Shown here: piece after piece, positions 48,105 through 58,054 of the stretch
Layout: each line of letters starts with the position of its first letter
Position numbering within the stretch: the first letter of the stretch is position 1
Assembly: GCA_019745975.1 (NCBI GenBank)
Contig: JAIESQ010000013.1
Span: 86,780 to 150,779, forward strand
Origin: Pirellulales bacterium
GTDB taxonomy: Bacteria > Planctomycetota > Planctomycetia > Pirellulales > JAEUIK01
DNA: 64,000 nucleotides
Direction: 5' to 3'
Position numbers and translations under genes: made by a program
Notes under the pieces: model-generated
The model's input: only the letters and a program-made list of their open reading frames with translations
Databases searched by the model: none
Told to the model about the DNA's origin: nothing

Positions 48105-49220
48105 ATGCCCCGCTGGTTGGATTTCCGTAGCGATACGATCACTCGCCCCACGCCGGCCATGCGTCAAGCGATGGCCAATGCCGAAGTCGGCGACGATGTC
48201 TTCGGCGAAGACCCCACGGTGCTGGCCCTCGAAGCCCGCACCGCGGAACTGCTGGGCAAAGAGGCCGCGGTGTACGTTCCGTCGGGCACCATGTCGAACC
48301 AGCTCGGCGTGCGCGTCCACTGCCAGCCCGGCGACGAGATGATCTGTGAGGCGAGCTGCCATATCCTCAATTACGAGCAGGCGGGCTACGCGCAGCTCAG
48401 CGCCGTGGCGGCCCGTCCGATCGCGGGGCGGTATGGAGTGCTCGACGTAGAGCAACTCACCGGTTTGATCCGCCCGGCCGACGACCACTACCCGCGCTCG
48501 CGCGTTGTCTGCCTGGAGAACACGCACAACCGCGGCGGCGGGCGCATCCTGCCGCTCGACAAAGTCGCGGCGATCTGCGGTTGGGCGCATGGGCAAGGGC
48601 TCGCGACCCATCTTGATGGCGCGCGGCTGTTCAATGCGGTGGTGGCGACCGGCACTCCGGCGCACGAGTGGGCAAGCCACTTCGACACCGTCAGCGTCTG
48701 CTTCAGCAAAGGGTTGGGGGCGCCGGTTGGTTCGGCTTTGGCCGGGCCCAAGGATTTGATTCGCAAAGCGCGCCGGGCCCGCAAGTTGTTGGGGGGCGGT
48801 ATGCGTCAGGCGGGCGTAATCGCCGCCGGCGCGCTTTACGGCTTGAACCATCACATCGAGCGCCTGGCCGAAGACCACGTCAACGCGCGCGAGCTGGCCA
48901 AGGCGATTTCAGCGATCGACGGCCTCGCGCTGGATCCGCCCGACGTCGATACGAACATCGTCATCTTCCTGGTCTCGCCCAAGCTGGGCACCGCCGCCGA
49001 GTTTTGCGCGCGATTGAAAGAAGCCGGTGTGCTGATGTTGCCGATTGCCGCGCAGCAAGTGCGGGCGCTGGCGCACTTGGACGTGTCGCGCGAGGACGTG
49101 AAGGCCGCGGTCGAAGTGCTGCGGCGCGTGGCGGGCGAACTGGCCTATGGTGCGAAGCCCGGTGGCAACGGCCCTACCGGGGCGACCTCGACATCCGTCA
49201 GCTCGGCGTATCGCGGCTAG
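48105..49220 (+). CDS. ltaE: Low-specificity L-threonine aldolase
   Basis: [41 protein letters not shown]. Confidence 0.92.
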   Translation: MPRWLDFRSDTITRPTPAMRQAMANAEVGDDVFGEDPTVLALEARTAELLGKEAAVYVPSGTMSNQLGVRVHCQPGDEMICEASCHILNYEQAGYAQLSAVAARPIAGRYGVLDVEQLTGLIRPADDHYPRSRVVCLENTHNRGGGRILPLDKVAAICGWAHGQGLATHLDGARLFNAVVATGTPAHEWASHFDTVSVCFSKGLGAPVGSALAGPKDLIRKARRARKLLGGGMRQAGVIAAGALYGLNHHIERLAEDHVNARELAKAISAIDGLALDPPDVDTNIVIFLVSPKLGTAAEFCARLKEAGVLMLPIAAQQVRALAHLDVSREDVKAAVEVLRRVAGELAYGAKPGGNGPTGATSTSVSSAYRG

Positions 49221-49241
49221 GTCGACGCGCGGCGACGCAAC

Positions 49242-49315
49242 GGGGGCGGGAGTCGTTTCCGGTTGCACGCGCCCCATTTGACTGGTGCTCTGTCGGAAAC
49301 GACTCCCGTCCCCTT
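49242..49315. repeat. Intergenic inverted-repeat element GGGAGTCGTTTCC...GGAAACGACTCCC
   Basis: Related copy at about 51570-51643. Confidence 0.65.
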
Positions 49316-49327
49316 AGGCACGCGCTC

Positions 49328-49750
49328 ATGAAATCCCAGACCGAGTACCTCGCCTTCAAGCTGCCCGAGCGGATGGGCCTGGTGAACATCACGCGCGAAG
49401 TCGAGCGCGTGGTCGCCGCCAGCGGCGTGCAAGAAGGGCTCTGTCTGGTCAACGCCATGCACATCACGGCCAGCGTGTTCATCAACGACGACGAACCGGG
49501 GCTGCACCACGATTACAAGCGGTGGCTCGAGGCCCTGGCCCCCTTCGATCCCTCGCCGCAGCGGTATCATCACAACCGCACGGGCGAGGACAACGCCGAC
49601 GCCCATCTCAAGCGCCAGATCATGGGGCGCGAAGTCGTGGTGGCGATCACCGCGGGCAAGCTCGACTTCGGCCCCTGGGAGCAGATCTTCTACGGCGAGT
49701 TCGACGGTCGCCGGCCGAAGCGCGTGCTGGTCAAGGTGATCGGGGAGTGA
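49328..49750 (+). CDS. yjbQ: YjbQ family (secondary thiamine-phosphate synthase-like)
   Basis: [31 protein letters not shown]. Confidence 0.92.
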   Translation: MKSQTEYLAFKLPERMGLVNITREVERVVAASGVQEGLCLVNAMHITASVFINDDEPGLHHDYKRWLEALAPFDPSPQRYHHNRTGEDNADAHLKRQIMGREVVVAITAGKLDFGPWEQIFYGEFDGRRPKRVLVKVIGE

Positions 49751-49839
49751 CGCATCGACGGGGCGGCAGCACAGCCGAGAATTGACCCTGCCCGGTAACG
49801 TTGTAAAATAAATCAACGCCGTTTGCTGATCGAGACAGC

Positions 49840-50115
49840 GTGAGCAACGAACTGATCGTCGTCTGGGACTTACCCGATGACCCGCAGGGCAATGTACAAC
49901 ATATTGCCCAGCATGGCCTGACAGTGGACGATGTGGAAGACGTGCTCTACAGCCGTGATTCGGTCACGTCGTTCAGCCGTTCGAGCGGACAGCCGATCAC
50001 TTTCGGCTACACGACGGGTGGCGAGCACATCGCCGTCGTGTGGGAGCTTGTCGCCGCTGATCCGCGGACGATCTACCCGATCACCGCGTACGCGGTTCCC
50101 GAAGCGAGAGATTGA
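49840..50115 (+). CDS. BrnT/RelE-like toxin
   Basis: WD...NVQHIAQHGLTVDDVEDVL...FGYT...IAVVWE...YPITAY pattern; upstream of HTH gene. Confidence 0.7.
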   Translation: MSNELIVVWDLPDDPQGNVQHIAQHGLTVDDVEDVLYSRDSVTSFSRSSGQPITFGYTTGGEHIAVVWELVAADPRTIYPITAYAVPEARD

Positions 50116-50224
50116 ACTATTGATAGCTGCGCAGTGAACGAACCAACTGGGGCGATTATTGTCGGGGCTCCCGGCCTTCCGCTGGTCGGCCGGGGGTCAT
50201 GTTCCGCGCAGCGAGGAATATAAC

Positions 50225-50581
50225 ATGAAACGCAAACGTGAATATCGTTCGATCGAGCGCTCTGCAGCCGAGCAAGCGCGGCTACGAACGATCCGAAAGC
50301 AATTCAAGAATCGACCAACCTTGCTCGAACTGGTCGGGAGTGGCGAATACGGCAAGCCAATTTCACACGCCGTGTTGCTCGATGTGCTCGTGCATCTCAA
50401 GTCGTTGCGACAGTCCGCTCAACTCAGCTTGGCAGAAATGTCCGAGCGCACGGGGATGGACAAGTCGGCGCTCAGTCGGCTGGAGAATTGCGCAGCCCCG
50501 AATCCGACATTTTCCACGGTCGAACGCTATCTGACTGCGCTGGGTAAACGCCTGCGCATCAAGATCGAAGATAGCCGCTAG
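50225..50581 (+). CDS. XRE-family HTH protein (putative antitoxin)
   Basis: LSLAEMSERTGMDKSALSRLEN...NPTFSTVERYLTALG; GAGG RBS. Confidence 0.85.
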   Translation: MKRKREYRSIERSAAEQARLRTIRKQFKNRPTLLELVGSGEYGKPISHAVLLDVLVHLKSLRQSAQLSLAEMSERTGMDKSALSRLENCAAPNPTFSTVERYLTALGKRLRIKIEDSR

Positions 50582-50593
50582 CACGTTCTGAGT

Positions 50594-50638
50594 GGCCGCC
50601 GGCCGAAGCGCGTGCTGGTCAAAGTGATCGGAGAGTGA
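50594..50638 (+). repeat. Duplicate of the last 45 bp of yjbQ
   Basis: 42/45 identical to 49706-49750. Confidence 0.9.
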
Positions 50639-50723
50639 GCTGAGACCAGTGCGGCGCGCTGCTAGCACGGCGCCGAGTTTGCCGGCTGGGTAGAGTAAGC
50701 CGCGAGTCCGCAGACGGCCGCGC

Positions 50724-50936
50724 CTACGCCGCTTCGTCCAGCTCCAGCTCGCGGAGCATTTCGATCGCCGCGCAGGCGTTGTCGAGTCCACCGATCTGTT
50801 CGACGAACTGTTCAACTGCCAGCACGTCGGCCGGGCGCAAGTCGCTACCAAGCGACAGCAGTCGGGCGGCGATCTCTTGGGTGCTCAAGTCTTGCAAGCG
50901 GACCTGAGGGTATTCGTCGTGCGATTCGAACTGCAT
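50724..50936 (-). CDS. Hypothetical acidic protein (70 aa)
   Basis: GAGGA RBS; helical composition. Confidence 0.65.
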   Translation of the reverse strand: MQFESHDEYPQVRLQDLSTQEIAARLLSLGSDLRPADVLAVEQFVEQIGGLDNACAAIEMLRELELDEAA

Positions 50937-51151
50937 GGTCGATTCCTCGTCGCGTCGCTGCGGGGAAAGCCAGTGGCCGTCAACCCGGCTCTACCGACGA
51001 ATCGGCCATGTGCGAAGCGCGGCTGCAGCTTTTCGCGCGATCGGCCGACACTCGGCACCAACACCAAGTCATGCGCGAACCAATCACGCGCACCAGGCAA
51101 ACTATTGCGCGCGCAAGTGAGCGCTAGCAGTGACTTGGCGTGCTTCCCCGG

Positions 51152-51276
51152 GGTGCCACTGCTTCGCAGAAGCAGTGCGCGCTGATCGCTCGAATCGGCG
51201 ATGAAGACGGCACTGCTTGCCAGCTTGCGGCGTCTCAAGCGGTGCTGCATCCACCGGCTGGCAAGCAGTGGCACAC
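51152..51276. repeat. Family-A REP doublet (REPIN-like)
   Basis: GGTGCCACTGCTTCGCAGAAGCAGTG and CACTGCTTGCCAGC...GCTGGCAAGCAGTGGCACAC. Confidence 0.78.
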
Positions 51277-51294
51277 GAATCGATGTCGCGTCGT

Positions 51295-51558
51295 TCAGCC
51301 GCCGCCGATCGCTGGGATGAAATGCACTTCGCTCGCGGGGCCGACGCGCGCCAACAGCCCGCGCGCCGTCACTCGGCCGTCGATCGAGGCCGCCAGACCG
51401 CGCGCAAGCTGGTCGTTTTCGGTGAGCCGCGCGGCCAGCCCCGGGAAGCGCTCGTCGAGCTGGCGAATCACCTGGCCGAGCGACTCGGCCGCTAGCTCGA
51501 CGCGGTCGAGCCCGCCGGTCAGCGAGCGCATCTGATTAGGAATGAAGACGAGCGCCAT
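51295..51558 (-). CDS. MoaD/ThiS-family ubiquitin-like protein
   Basis: VFIPNQMRSLTGG...VHFIPAIGGG C-terminus. Confidence 0.85.
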   Translation of the reverse strand: MALVFIPNQMRSLTGGLDRVELAAESLGQVIRQLDERFPGLAARLTENDQLARGLAASIDGRVTARGLLARVGPASEVHFIPAIGGG

Positions 51559-51647
51559 CGCGATGTCACGGGGACGGAAGTCGTTTCTGATCGTCAGCGA
51601 CCTTGTGAATTCATCGTTGCCCAGAAACGACTCTCGTCCCCCTTGGA

Positions 51648-52469
51648 CTACGGTCGCACGCCGGCGCCAAGCTGCGCTTCGATCTGGGCGAGCAGCGCCG
51701 GGAGCTCGGCGACGCTTTCAATGACGTAGTGCGCGCCGGCGTCGCGCAGTTTGGCGGCGGCCCGTTCGACGCGCTCGACGCGCTCGGACTTGGGGAGCGC
51801 GGCAAGCTGGGCGGCGGTCAGGCCCACGTCGCTCCCGGTGGCCGACACGCCGATCGACCATGCGCCGGCCGCCAACCCTTCGCCAATGTCGGGCACCGTG
51901 TCGCCGACTTTGACGACGGCCGCCGGCGGAAACACATTCAGGTCTTGCATGACGCGATAGAGCATCCACGGCGCCGGGCGACCGCGCGGCACCTGCGTGA
52001 CGCAGCAGTTGGCATCGGTTGCAAAACCTTGTTCGCGCGCGATGGCGTAGCAGAGCTCGGCCGCTTCCTGAAAGTAGCCCGTCGTGCCGGCGAGCTTGAT
52101 TCCCCGACGGCGCAAATCGGCCACGGCATCCTTCAAACCCGGCACGAGCCCGCAATGCTGCGCGATGCACTTGACCTGCAACGGCATGAAGTCTTGATAC
52201 ATCTTGTCGATGTCGCTGGGGGCCAGGTCGCGGCCGTGCACGTTGCGCCACTGCTCGCCGACGCCCGGCATGGCAGCCAGCGCTTCGAGATGCTGGCGCT
52301 TGTCGAGCCCCATCGGCTCGCGCACCTGCTCGATCGACAACTCAATGCCGTTGGCCGCATAGACATCGTGAAATGGCGCGACCGGTCCGAAGCAGCCGTG
52401 GTCGACGATCGTGCCAGCCCAATCGAAGACAACCAGCTTGATGGCGGTGGGCGAGGCCAGGGCGTTCAT
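51648..52469 (-). CDS. phnX: Phosphonoacetaldehyde hydrolase
   Basis: VFDWAGTIVDHG, PMGLDK (Schiff-base Lys), GRPAPWM, VKVGDTVPDIGEG. Confidence 0.88.
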   Translation of the reverse strand: MNALASPTAIKLVVFDWAGTIVDHGCFGPVAPFHDVYAANGIELSIEQVREPMGLDKRQHLEALAAMPGVGEQWRNVHGRDLAPSDIDKMYQDFMPLQVKCIAQHCGLVPGLKDAVADLRRRGIKLAGTTGYFQEAAELCYAIAREQGFATDANCCVTQVPRGRPAPWMLYRVMQDLNVFPPAAVVKVGDTVPDIGEGLAAGAWSIGVSATGSDVGLTAAQLAALPKSERVERVERAAAKLRDAGAHYVIESVAELPALLAQIEAQLGAGVRP

Positions 52470-52527
52470 GTGATGCGACTCAACGACTGAATACGAAACA
52501 ACAGATTACCTAAAGCTGGGAGAGTTC

Positions 52528-52612
52528 ATCCACAGAAATCGCAGAACCGCACAGAAGAATCTGCAGGACGAGCGACGCTCACTTTCTGTGTCCTTTTGCG
52601 CCTTCTGTGGAT
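52528..52612. repeat. Inverted-repeat element CCACAGAA...TTCTGTGG
   Basis: Related copy at 62792-62907. Confidence 0.65.
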
Positions 52613-52666
52613 TGTTCCTGGTTTCCCTTCGAGCGCGACACCGCGCGTGCTCTCTAGCGAGGCGGC

Positions 52667-54121
52667 TCACCCGCGGACCAACAGCTCGCGCAGCACGCGG
52701 CACGGCTGATTGTCGGTCAGCGATTGGTCGCGGCCATTGTACATGTAGGTGACGCGCGTGTGATCGAGCCCGAACAGGTGCAGGAGCGTGGCATGGTAAT
52801 CGTTGGCACTGACCGGGTCGACCTGCGCGCGATGGCCGAATTCGTCGGTGGCGCCGTGCGCCACGCCGCCGCGGATGCCGCCGCCAGCCAGCCACATGCT
52901 GTAACCCTGCCCGTTGTGGTCGCGGCCGATACTCTCAGGCGGGCCCGAACCTTCGGTCACCGGCAAGCGGCCAATCTCGCCCCCCCAGTGCACGAGTGTG
53001 GTCTCGAGCATGCCGCGGCTCTTGAGGTCTTTGATCAGCCCGGCCGAGGGCTTGTCAGTTTTGCGGCAACAGGCCGGCAACGCCGTGCGAATGCTCTGAT
53101 GGTTGTCCCAGATCTGGCCGGCGATGAACACTTGCACGAACCGCACGCCCCGTTCGACGAGCCGCCGCGCGATCAACAGCCGCGTGCCGTACTCGGCCGT
53201 CTCGGGATCATCGAGGCCGTAGAGCTTGGTGGTTGCGGAACTCTCGCCCGAGATGTCGAGCGCATCCTTGGCAGCCACTTGCATGCGCGCGGCCAGCTCG
53301 TAGCTGGCGATGCGGGCTTCGAGATCGGCTTCGCCGGGGTGCTGCGCCAGGTGCTGGCGGTTGAGCTCAGCCAGCAGGTCGAGATTCTGTCGCTGCAACT
53401 GGCCGCGCAAGTGTGGCGGCGGATCGAGATTCAGGATGCGCGGCTCCTGCGGCCGCACGACGGTCCCTTGATACAACGGCGGCAACCAGCCGTGCGACCA
53501 GTTCCGTACCCCATCGACCGGATGCCCGCCAGGGTCGGGCATGGCGATGTACGCCGGCAAGTCCTGGGTCTCGGACCCTAGCGCGTACGACAGCCAGCTC
53601 CCCAGCGCCGGCCGGCCGGGTTGCGGGCGGCCCGTATTCATCGTCCAGATCGACGGCTCGTGCCCGTTGATGTCGGTGTGCATCGAGCGGATCAGGCAGA
53701 TGTCGTCGACCACTTCGGCCAGATGGGGCAACAGTTCCGACAGCTCGGTACCGCACTGGCCATGAGGAGCGAACTTCCAGGGTGTGCCCAACAGTTTCTT
53801 GCTGGCGCGATTGATGAAGCTGTACGTCACCTCGCCGGGATAATCCTGGCCGCTGCGCTTAGAAAGCTCGGGCTTGGGCTCGAACAAATCGACGTGGCTC
53901 GGCCCGCCGTTCATGAACAGCGAGATCATCGCCTGGGCTTGCGGCTCGTAGTGCGTCTGGCGCGCGACAAGATCGAACTTGCGCGGCTGCCGGGGAATGT
54001 GCGTGGCCGCGCGCAGGCGGTCCTGCTCGACCAGCCAGGCCAGGGCGACGCTGCCGATGCCCAGGGCATTGCGCTCGAGAAACTGGCGACGGCTAAGTGC
54101 TGACGCGCTGGGCGGCGACAT
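52667..54121 (-). CDS. DUF1501 family protein
   Basis: SRRQFL, GGPSHVDLFEPKP, LIARRLVERGVRFVQ, WDNH, GRDHN. Confidence 0.92.
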   Translation of the reverse strand: MSPPSASALSRRQFLERNALGIGSVALAWLVEQDRLRAATHIPRQPRKFDLVARQTHYEPQAQAMISLFMNGGPSHVDLFEPKPELSKRSGQDYPGEVTYSFINRASKKLLGTPWKFAPHGQCGTELSELLPHLAEVVDDICLIRSMHTDINGHEPSIWTMNTGRPQPGRPALGSWLSYALGSETQDLPAYIAMPDPGGHPVDGVRNWSHGWLPPLYQGTVVRPQEPRILNLDPPPHLRGQLQRQNLDLLAELNRQHLAQHPGEADLEARIASYELAARMQVAAKDALDISGESSATTKLYGLDDPETAEYGTRLLIARRLVERGVRFVQVFIAGQIWDNHQSIRTALPACCRKTDKPSAGLIKDLKSRGMLETTLVHWGGEIGRLPVTEGSGPPESIGRDHNGQGYSMWLAGGGIRGGVAHGATDEFGHRAQVDPVSANDYHATLLHLFGLDHTRVTYMYNGRDQSLTDNQPCRVLRELLVRG

Positions 54122-54200
54122 CGCGAGACGATTTGATTGGCAAGCTTCGTCGTGGGCGGACACAGTTGGGATCTCCGAATGGTCGCCGGGCAGTTATTGG

Positions 54201-54280
54201 TGTGCCACTGCTTGGCAACGGCAGTGCCGAACAGCTCTTTCGTATCTTAACGCGGGGCGCACTGCCGTTGCCAAGCAGTG
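54201..54280. repeat. Family-A REP doublet downstream of RAYT
   Basis: TGTGCCACTGCTTGGCAACGGCAGTG and its inverse GCACTGCCGTTGCCAAGCAGTG. Confidence 0.85.
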
Positions 54281-54912
54281 CCGTGATTACTCGGTGCGTC
54301 GACGACCACCAGATGTGGCATCGTTCTGTCGACCTGAAGTGGTATCGCATTCTTTCCGTACCACTCAGCCGCGCTCGACCAAAACCAATCGTCTGGACGC
54401 GAAACCAGACCTCGTTGGACGGGGTTGTTATGAATGTACTCCAGCAAATCGTGAGCCGTCCGCGGCTCGTACACATTCCGATCCTGACCCGGGCCCGCCT
54501 GCCAAAAGCGGCGATAAGTGCGGCTCCGAGTTCGTACAGTCAATCTCTCGAGGAACCGCGATTGATGTTCGACGAGCCATGCAAGGGCCCTCTGTCCAAC
54601 CGGTCGTTTGATATCGGCGAGAATTCCTGAGACCTTTTCGTCGGACTTGCGAGGCCACACCAGCAGATGGACGTGCTCGGGCATAATGACCCAACCCCAC
54701 AAGTGGAAGCCGTGTTTGGCTCGCGCTTCCTCAATCGACTCGACGACCATCCATCGCGTGCGATCCTTGCTAAGCAAAGGCCAGCGTTGATAGCACGAAA
54801 AAGTAAGGAAATGCGCATGGCCAAGTTCGTCGTAGTGACGAATTGTTTTGCGAATTCCACGTAATGGTTTCGTGATTGGTCGCATAGCCGTAGCCACCGA
54901 ATAGCGCTCCAT
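54247..54912 (-). CDS. REP-associated tyrosine transposase (RAYT, Y1 HUH)
   Basis: HFLTFSCYQR, VIMPEHVHLL (HUH), FWQ, YIHNNPVQRGLV, WFWSS; flanked by REPs. Confidence 0.9.
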   Translation of the reverse strand: MERYSVATAMRPITKPLRGIRKTIRHYDELGHAHFLTFSCYQRWPLLSKDRTRWMVVESIEEARAKHGFHLWGWVIMPEHVHLLVWPRKSDEKVSGILADIKRPVGQRALAWLVEHQSRFLERLTVRTRSRTYRRFWQAGPGQDRNVYEPRTAHDLLEYIHNNPVQRGLVSRPDDWFWSSAAEWYGKNAIPLQVDRTMPHLVVVDAPSNHGTAWQRQCAPR

Positions 54913-54943
54913 CGTGCCGCGGATTCAGCGCTCAAATCGCAAA

Positions 54944-55023
54944 GCACTGCTTCTACATAGCAGTGGCCAGGCCGAGGGTAATCCAACCCATTCGATCTCT
55001 GCTACTACGAAGCAGTGGCACAC
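54944..55023. repeat. Family-A REP copies upstream of RAYT
   Basis: GCACTGCTTCTACATAGCAGTGGC and CTGCTACTACGAAGCAGTGGCACA. Confidence 0.75.
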
Positions 55024-55094
55024 ATGACCAACGTGCTTGCCTGCGTCGCGCAATGCGCCCTCGGTACACACTTGACCACCTCGCGCCTTTCGTC

Positions 55095-57833
55095 TCAATC
55101 CACGTACAAGAACTCATTTGAGCTCAGCAGCACCTGGCAGAGGTTCGTCAGCGACTGGAGCTCGGGATCGGCCAGGGCCGGGTCTTTCGACACGGCATCG
55201 TTGCCGGCCGCTTGTTTCGCGGCGTCGTCCCCGCTGGCCGCGGCACTGACGGCGGCCGCCACTTCGGTGCGCCGCGCCGCCAGATACTCAGTTTGCCGCG
55301 TGCAGAACTCCGTGGCGGACTTCAGCTCGTCTTCGCGCGGCTCGCGCAGGTAGGCGATCTGCCACGCCCTGCGGATCGCAGCCGTACGGTCGCCGGCCGA
55401 CTCGAATCGGACACGCCGGGCAAATCGGCCGGCCTCGGCCAGGATGAAATCGCTGTTCAACAGCGCAAGTCCTTGCGGCGCGACCGTCGACGCCGGTCGC
55501 CGATCGCAGTTGGTCTCCATCACCGGAGCGTCGAAGGTGCGGAGCATCGCCAGCGGTCGGCTGCGTCGAACCTCGACATAGACGCTGCGCCGCGATTCTT
55601 CGCCGCCGACAAAGGCCGCCAGGCTTGTGAGCGGCGCGGAAGGCTGCGCCGCCGACGCGACGACGATCTGACCGACCCCGTCTTCGCTCACCGGTACCGA
55701 CGGGCCAAACATCTTGGGATTGAGCGCGCCGGAGGCGGCCAGAATGCGATCGCGGATCGCTTCGGCCTCGAGCCGGCGGACCGACATCCGCCCAAGCCAG
55801 CGATTCTCAGGATCGGCTTCTCCCTTGGCCGGCTCGATTGCCGAACTCTGCCGGTAGGCCGTCGACGTCATCAACAGCTTGTGCAAACGCTTGAGCTGCC
55901 AGCCGCGGGCGACCAGCTCCTCGGCCAGCCAATCCAACAGCGCCGGATGGGTCGGACGTTCGCCAAGCGTGCCAAAATCGCTCGGGGTGCCGACGAGCCC
56001 TCGGCCAAAGTGATGCTGCCACAAGCGGTTGACCGCCACGCGGCCAACGAGCGGATGACGGCCGCTGGTGAGCCACCGGGCATACGCCAGGCGGCGGCCG
56101 GTCGTCGGCTGCCCCGCTGATTGCACGGGGATTTCGATCGACGAGCTCTCGGTCAGGCAGATCGACAATTCGCCCGGCGGCACTTCGGCCTGCGGCTGCT
56201 GGAAGTCGCCGCGATGGAACAGTCGCGTGACGGGGGGAGTGCGCCCCGGCACCTCGGTAAGCGCCATCACAAAATCTTCGACCGGTTTTTTGGCGCGGAC
56301 CTCGCCGATGCGGGCGTCGTACTTCTTAAGTTCGTCGGCCGCCGCCTGGTTGTACTGGTAGAGCACGCCAGGGTTGATGTTCACGCTCGGATTGTCGGCC
56401 AGCAGTTTGACCTGCTCGGGCCCGCGTTGGTCGGCGGGCGTTTGATAGGCGATCCGCAGGGGCTCGCGCATTTCCGGCGGGTACTTCTCGAGTTCCTTCT
56501 CGAGCGCCGCGGCCAGGTACTCTGCTTCTTTGGCGGCGCGCTCGGCGGCGATCTTGCCTGCTTCGGCCTCGACCTCGGCGGCCTTGGCGCGATCGGCGTC
56601 GGTAAACAGCGAAATGTTGCGCTCTGGCCGCGAGCGCCACGCCTGCCAGTCGTACGCCGGCTCGAACAACGCCCGCATCCGGTAGTAGTCGGTTTGCAGA
56701 ATCGGATCGTAGCGATGGTCATGGCACTGCGCACAGCCGACCGAGAGGGCCAACAGCGACGTCGAGACGATTTTGATCGTGTCGGCCACGGTTTGATTGC
56801 GGGCCAGGTTCTCGTCGATGCCACCGGTGCCGGTGCCGTCGGCCGCCATCCGCAGATAGCCGGTGGCCACAAGCTTGTCTTGAGCCTCGACCGAGAGGTT
56901 CTGATACGGCGGCGCGATCAGTTCATCGCCTGCCAACTGCTCGACGACAAACTCGTTGAAGGGTTTGTCGGAGTTGAACGCGCGAATCACGTAGTCGCGA
57001 TACTTGTAGGCATAAGGCCGCGGGCGGTCCTCGTCGACGTAGCCGTCCGACTCGGAGTAGCCGGCCACGTCGAGCCAGTGCCGCCCCCAGCGTTCGCCGT
57101 AGTGGGGCGACGCCAATAGCCGATCGATCAAGCGCTCGTAGGCGTCGGGGGCCGCGTCTGCCAAGAAGGTGGCCAGCTCATCGGCGCTGGGGGGCAAGCC
57201 GGTCAGATCGAAGCACGCCCGCTTAAAGAGCGTGAGTCTGTCGGCCGGTGGATTGAAGTTCAGCCCTTGCGCTTCGAGCTCGGCCAGCAGAAACGCGTCG
57301 ATCGGCGAGCGCACGCTGGCGGCGTCGCTAACCGCCGGCACAGCCGGACGCGCGACCGGCTGAAACGCCCAGAACTGGCGATCCTCGGGCGTGATCAGCG
57401 AGCCGGCGGGTTCAGCGGGCTCGGGGCGCTTGGTCGGCGCTCCGGCGTCGATCCAGCGGCCGATCGTTTCGACTTCCTCAGCCGACAGCTTGGCATCGGT
57501 CGGCGGCATCTCGCCGGCGTGCGGCCGCAGATAGACGAGGCTCTCCTCGCGGCTGCCGGGCTTGAGCGCCGAGCCACTCTCGCCACCGTGTTCGATCAGG
57601 CGCCGCAGCCGCAGATCGAGCCCGGCTTTGGCCGGCCCTTCGGCGCCGTGGCAGTGGAAGCAATGGGCCTTGAGAATCGGTCGGATGTGCTCTTCGTAGG
57701 TGAGTGCGGCGGCTGGAGCTGGGCCGGGCGAATCGTCTCCAACCGCGGCAGGCAGCCATGTCGCCGCCACCAACAACGCCACGGAGGCGCTTCTACCATG
57801 CAAGAAACACTTTCCGGCGAGGCGCAGTGACAT
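55095..57833 (-). CDS. Planctomycete cytochrome c / DUF1549 / DUF1553 (PSD1) protein
   Basis: CFHCH and CAQCH heme motifs; YGERWGRHWLDVAGY; PTHPALLDWLA; RRSVY. Confidence 0.93.
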   Translation of the reverse strand: MSLRLAGKCFLHGRSASVALLVAATWLPAAVGDDSPGPAPAAALTYEEHIRPILKAHCFHCHGAEGPAKAGLDLRLRRLIEHGGESGSALKPGSREESLVYLRPHAGEMPPTDAKLSAEEVETIGRWIDAGAPTKRPEPAEPAGSLITPEDRQFWAFQPVARPAVPAVSDAASVRSPIDAFLLAELEAQGLNFNPPADRLTLFKRACFDLTGLPPSADELATFLADAAPDAYERLIDRLLASPHYGERWGRHWLDVAGYSESDGYVDEDRPRPYAYKYRDYVIRAFNSDKPFNEFVVEQLAGDELIAPPYQNLSVEAQDKLVATGYLRMAADGTGTGGIDENLARNQTVADTIKIVSTSLLALSVGCAQCHDHRYDPILQTDYYRMRALFEPAYDWQAWRSRPERNISLFTDADRAKAAEVEAEAGKIAAERAAKEAEYLAAALEKELEKYPPEMREPLRIAYQTPADQRGPEQVKLLADNPSVNINPGVLYQYNQAAADELKKYDARIGEVRAKKPVEDFVMALTEVPGRTPPVTRLFHRGDFQQPQAEVPPGELSICLTESSSIEIPVQSAGQPTTGRRLAYARWLTSGRHPLVGRVAVNRLWQHHFGRGLVGTPSDFGTLGERPTHPALLDWLAEELVARGWQLKRLHKLLMTSTAYRQSSAIEPAKGEADPENRWLGRMSVRRLEAEAIRDRILAASGALNPKMFGPSVPVSEDGVGQIVVASAAQPSAPLTSLAAFVGGEESRRSVYVEVRRSRPLAMLRTFDAPVMETNCDRRPASTVAPQGLALLNSDFILAEAGRFARRVRFESAGDRTAAIRRAWQIAYLREPREDELKSATEFCTRQTEYLAARRTEVAAAVSAAASGDDAAKQAAGNDAVSKDPALADPELQSLTNLCQVLLSSNEFLYVD

Positions 57834-58054
57834 GCCTACCTTCCCGCGAACTGGAGGGTTGTTTGCCGCAAAGCTCTCCCGGTACGAGTTGCCCAGCAAT
57901 GGGGCGACCGTGACCCAGGAAGTTAGCGGCAGGCAAGGAGCGGTCGCCGGCGCGATCGCCCATCAACGCATCCATTGCCGTTGATGCGATGATTATGACA
58001 GTTGCCGCCAGCGGCGGCAATCTGCAGGGGGTCTTGGCCCAAACGGCCCTCCCG

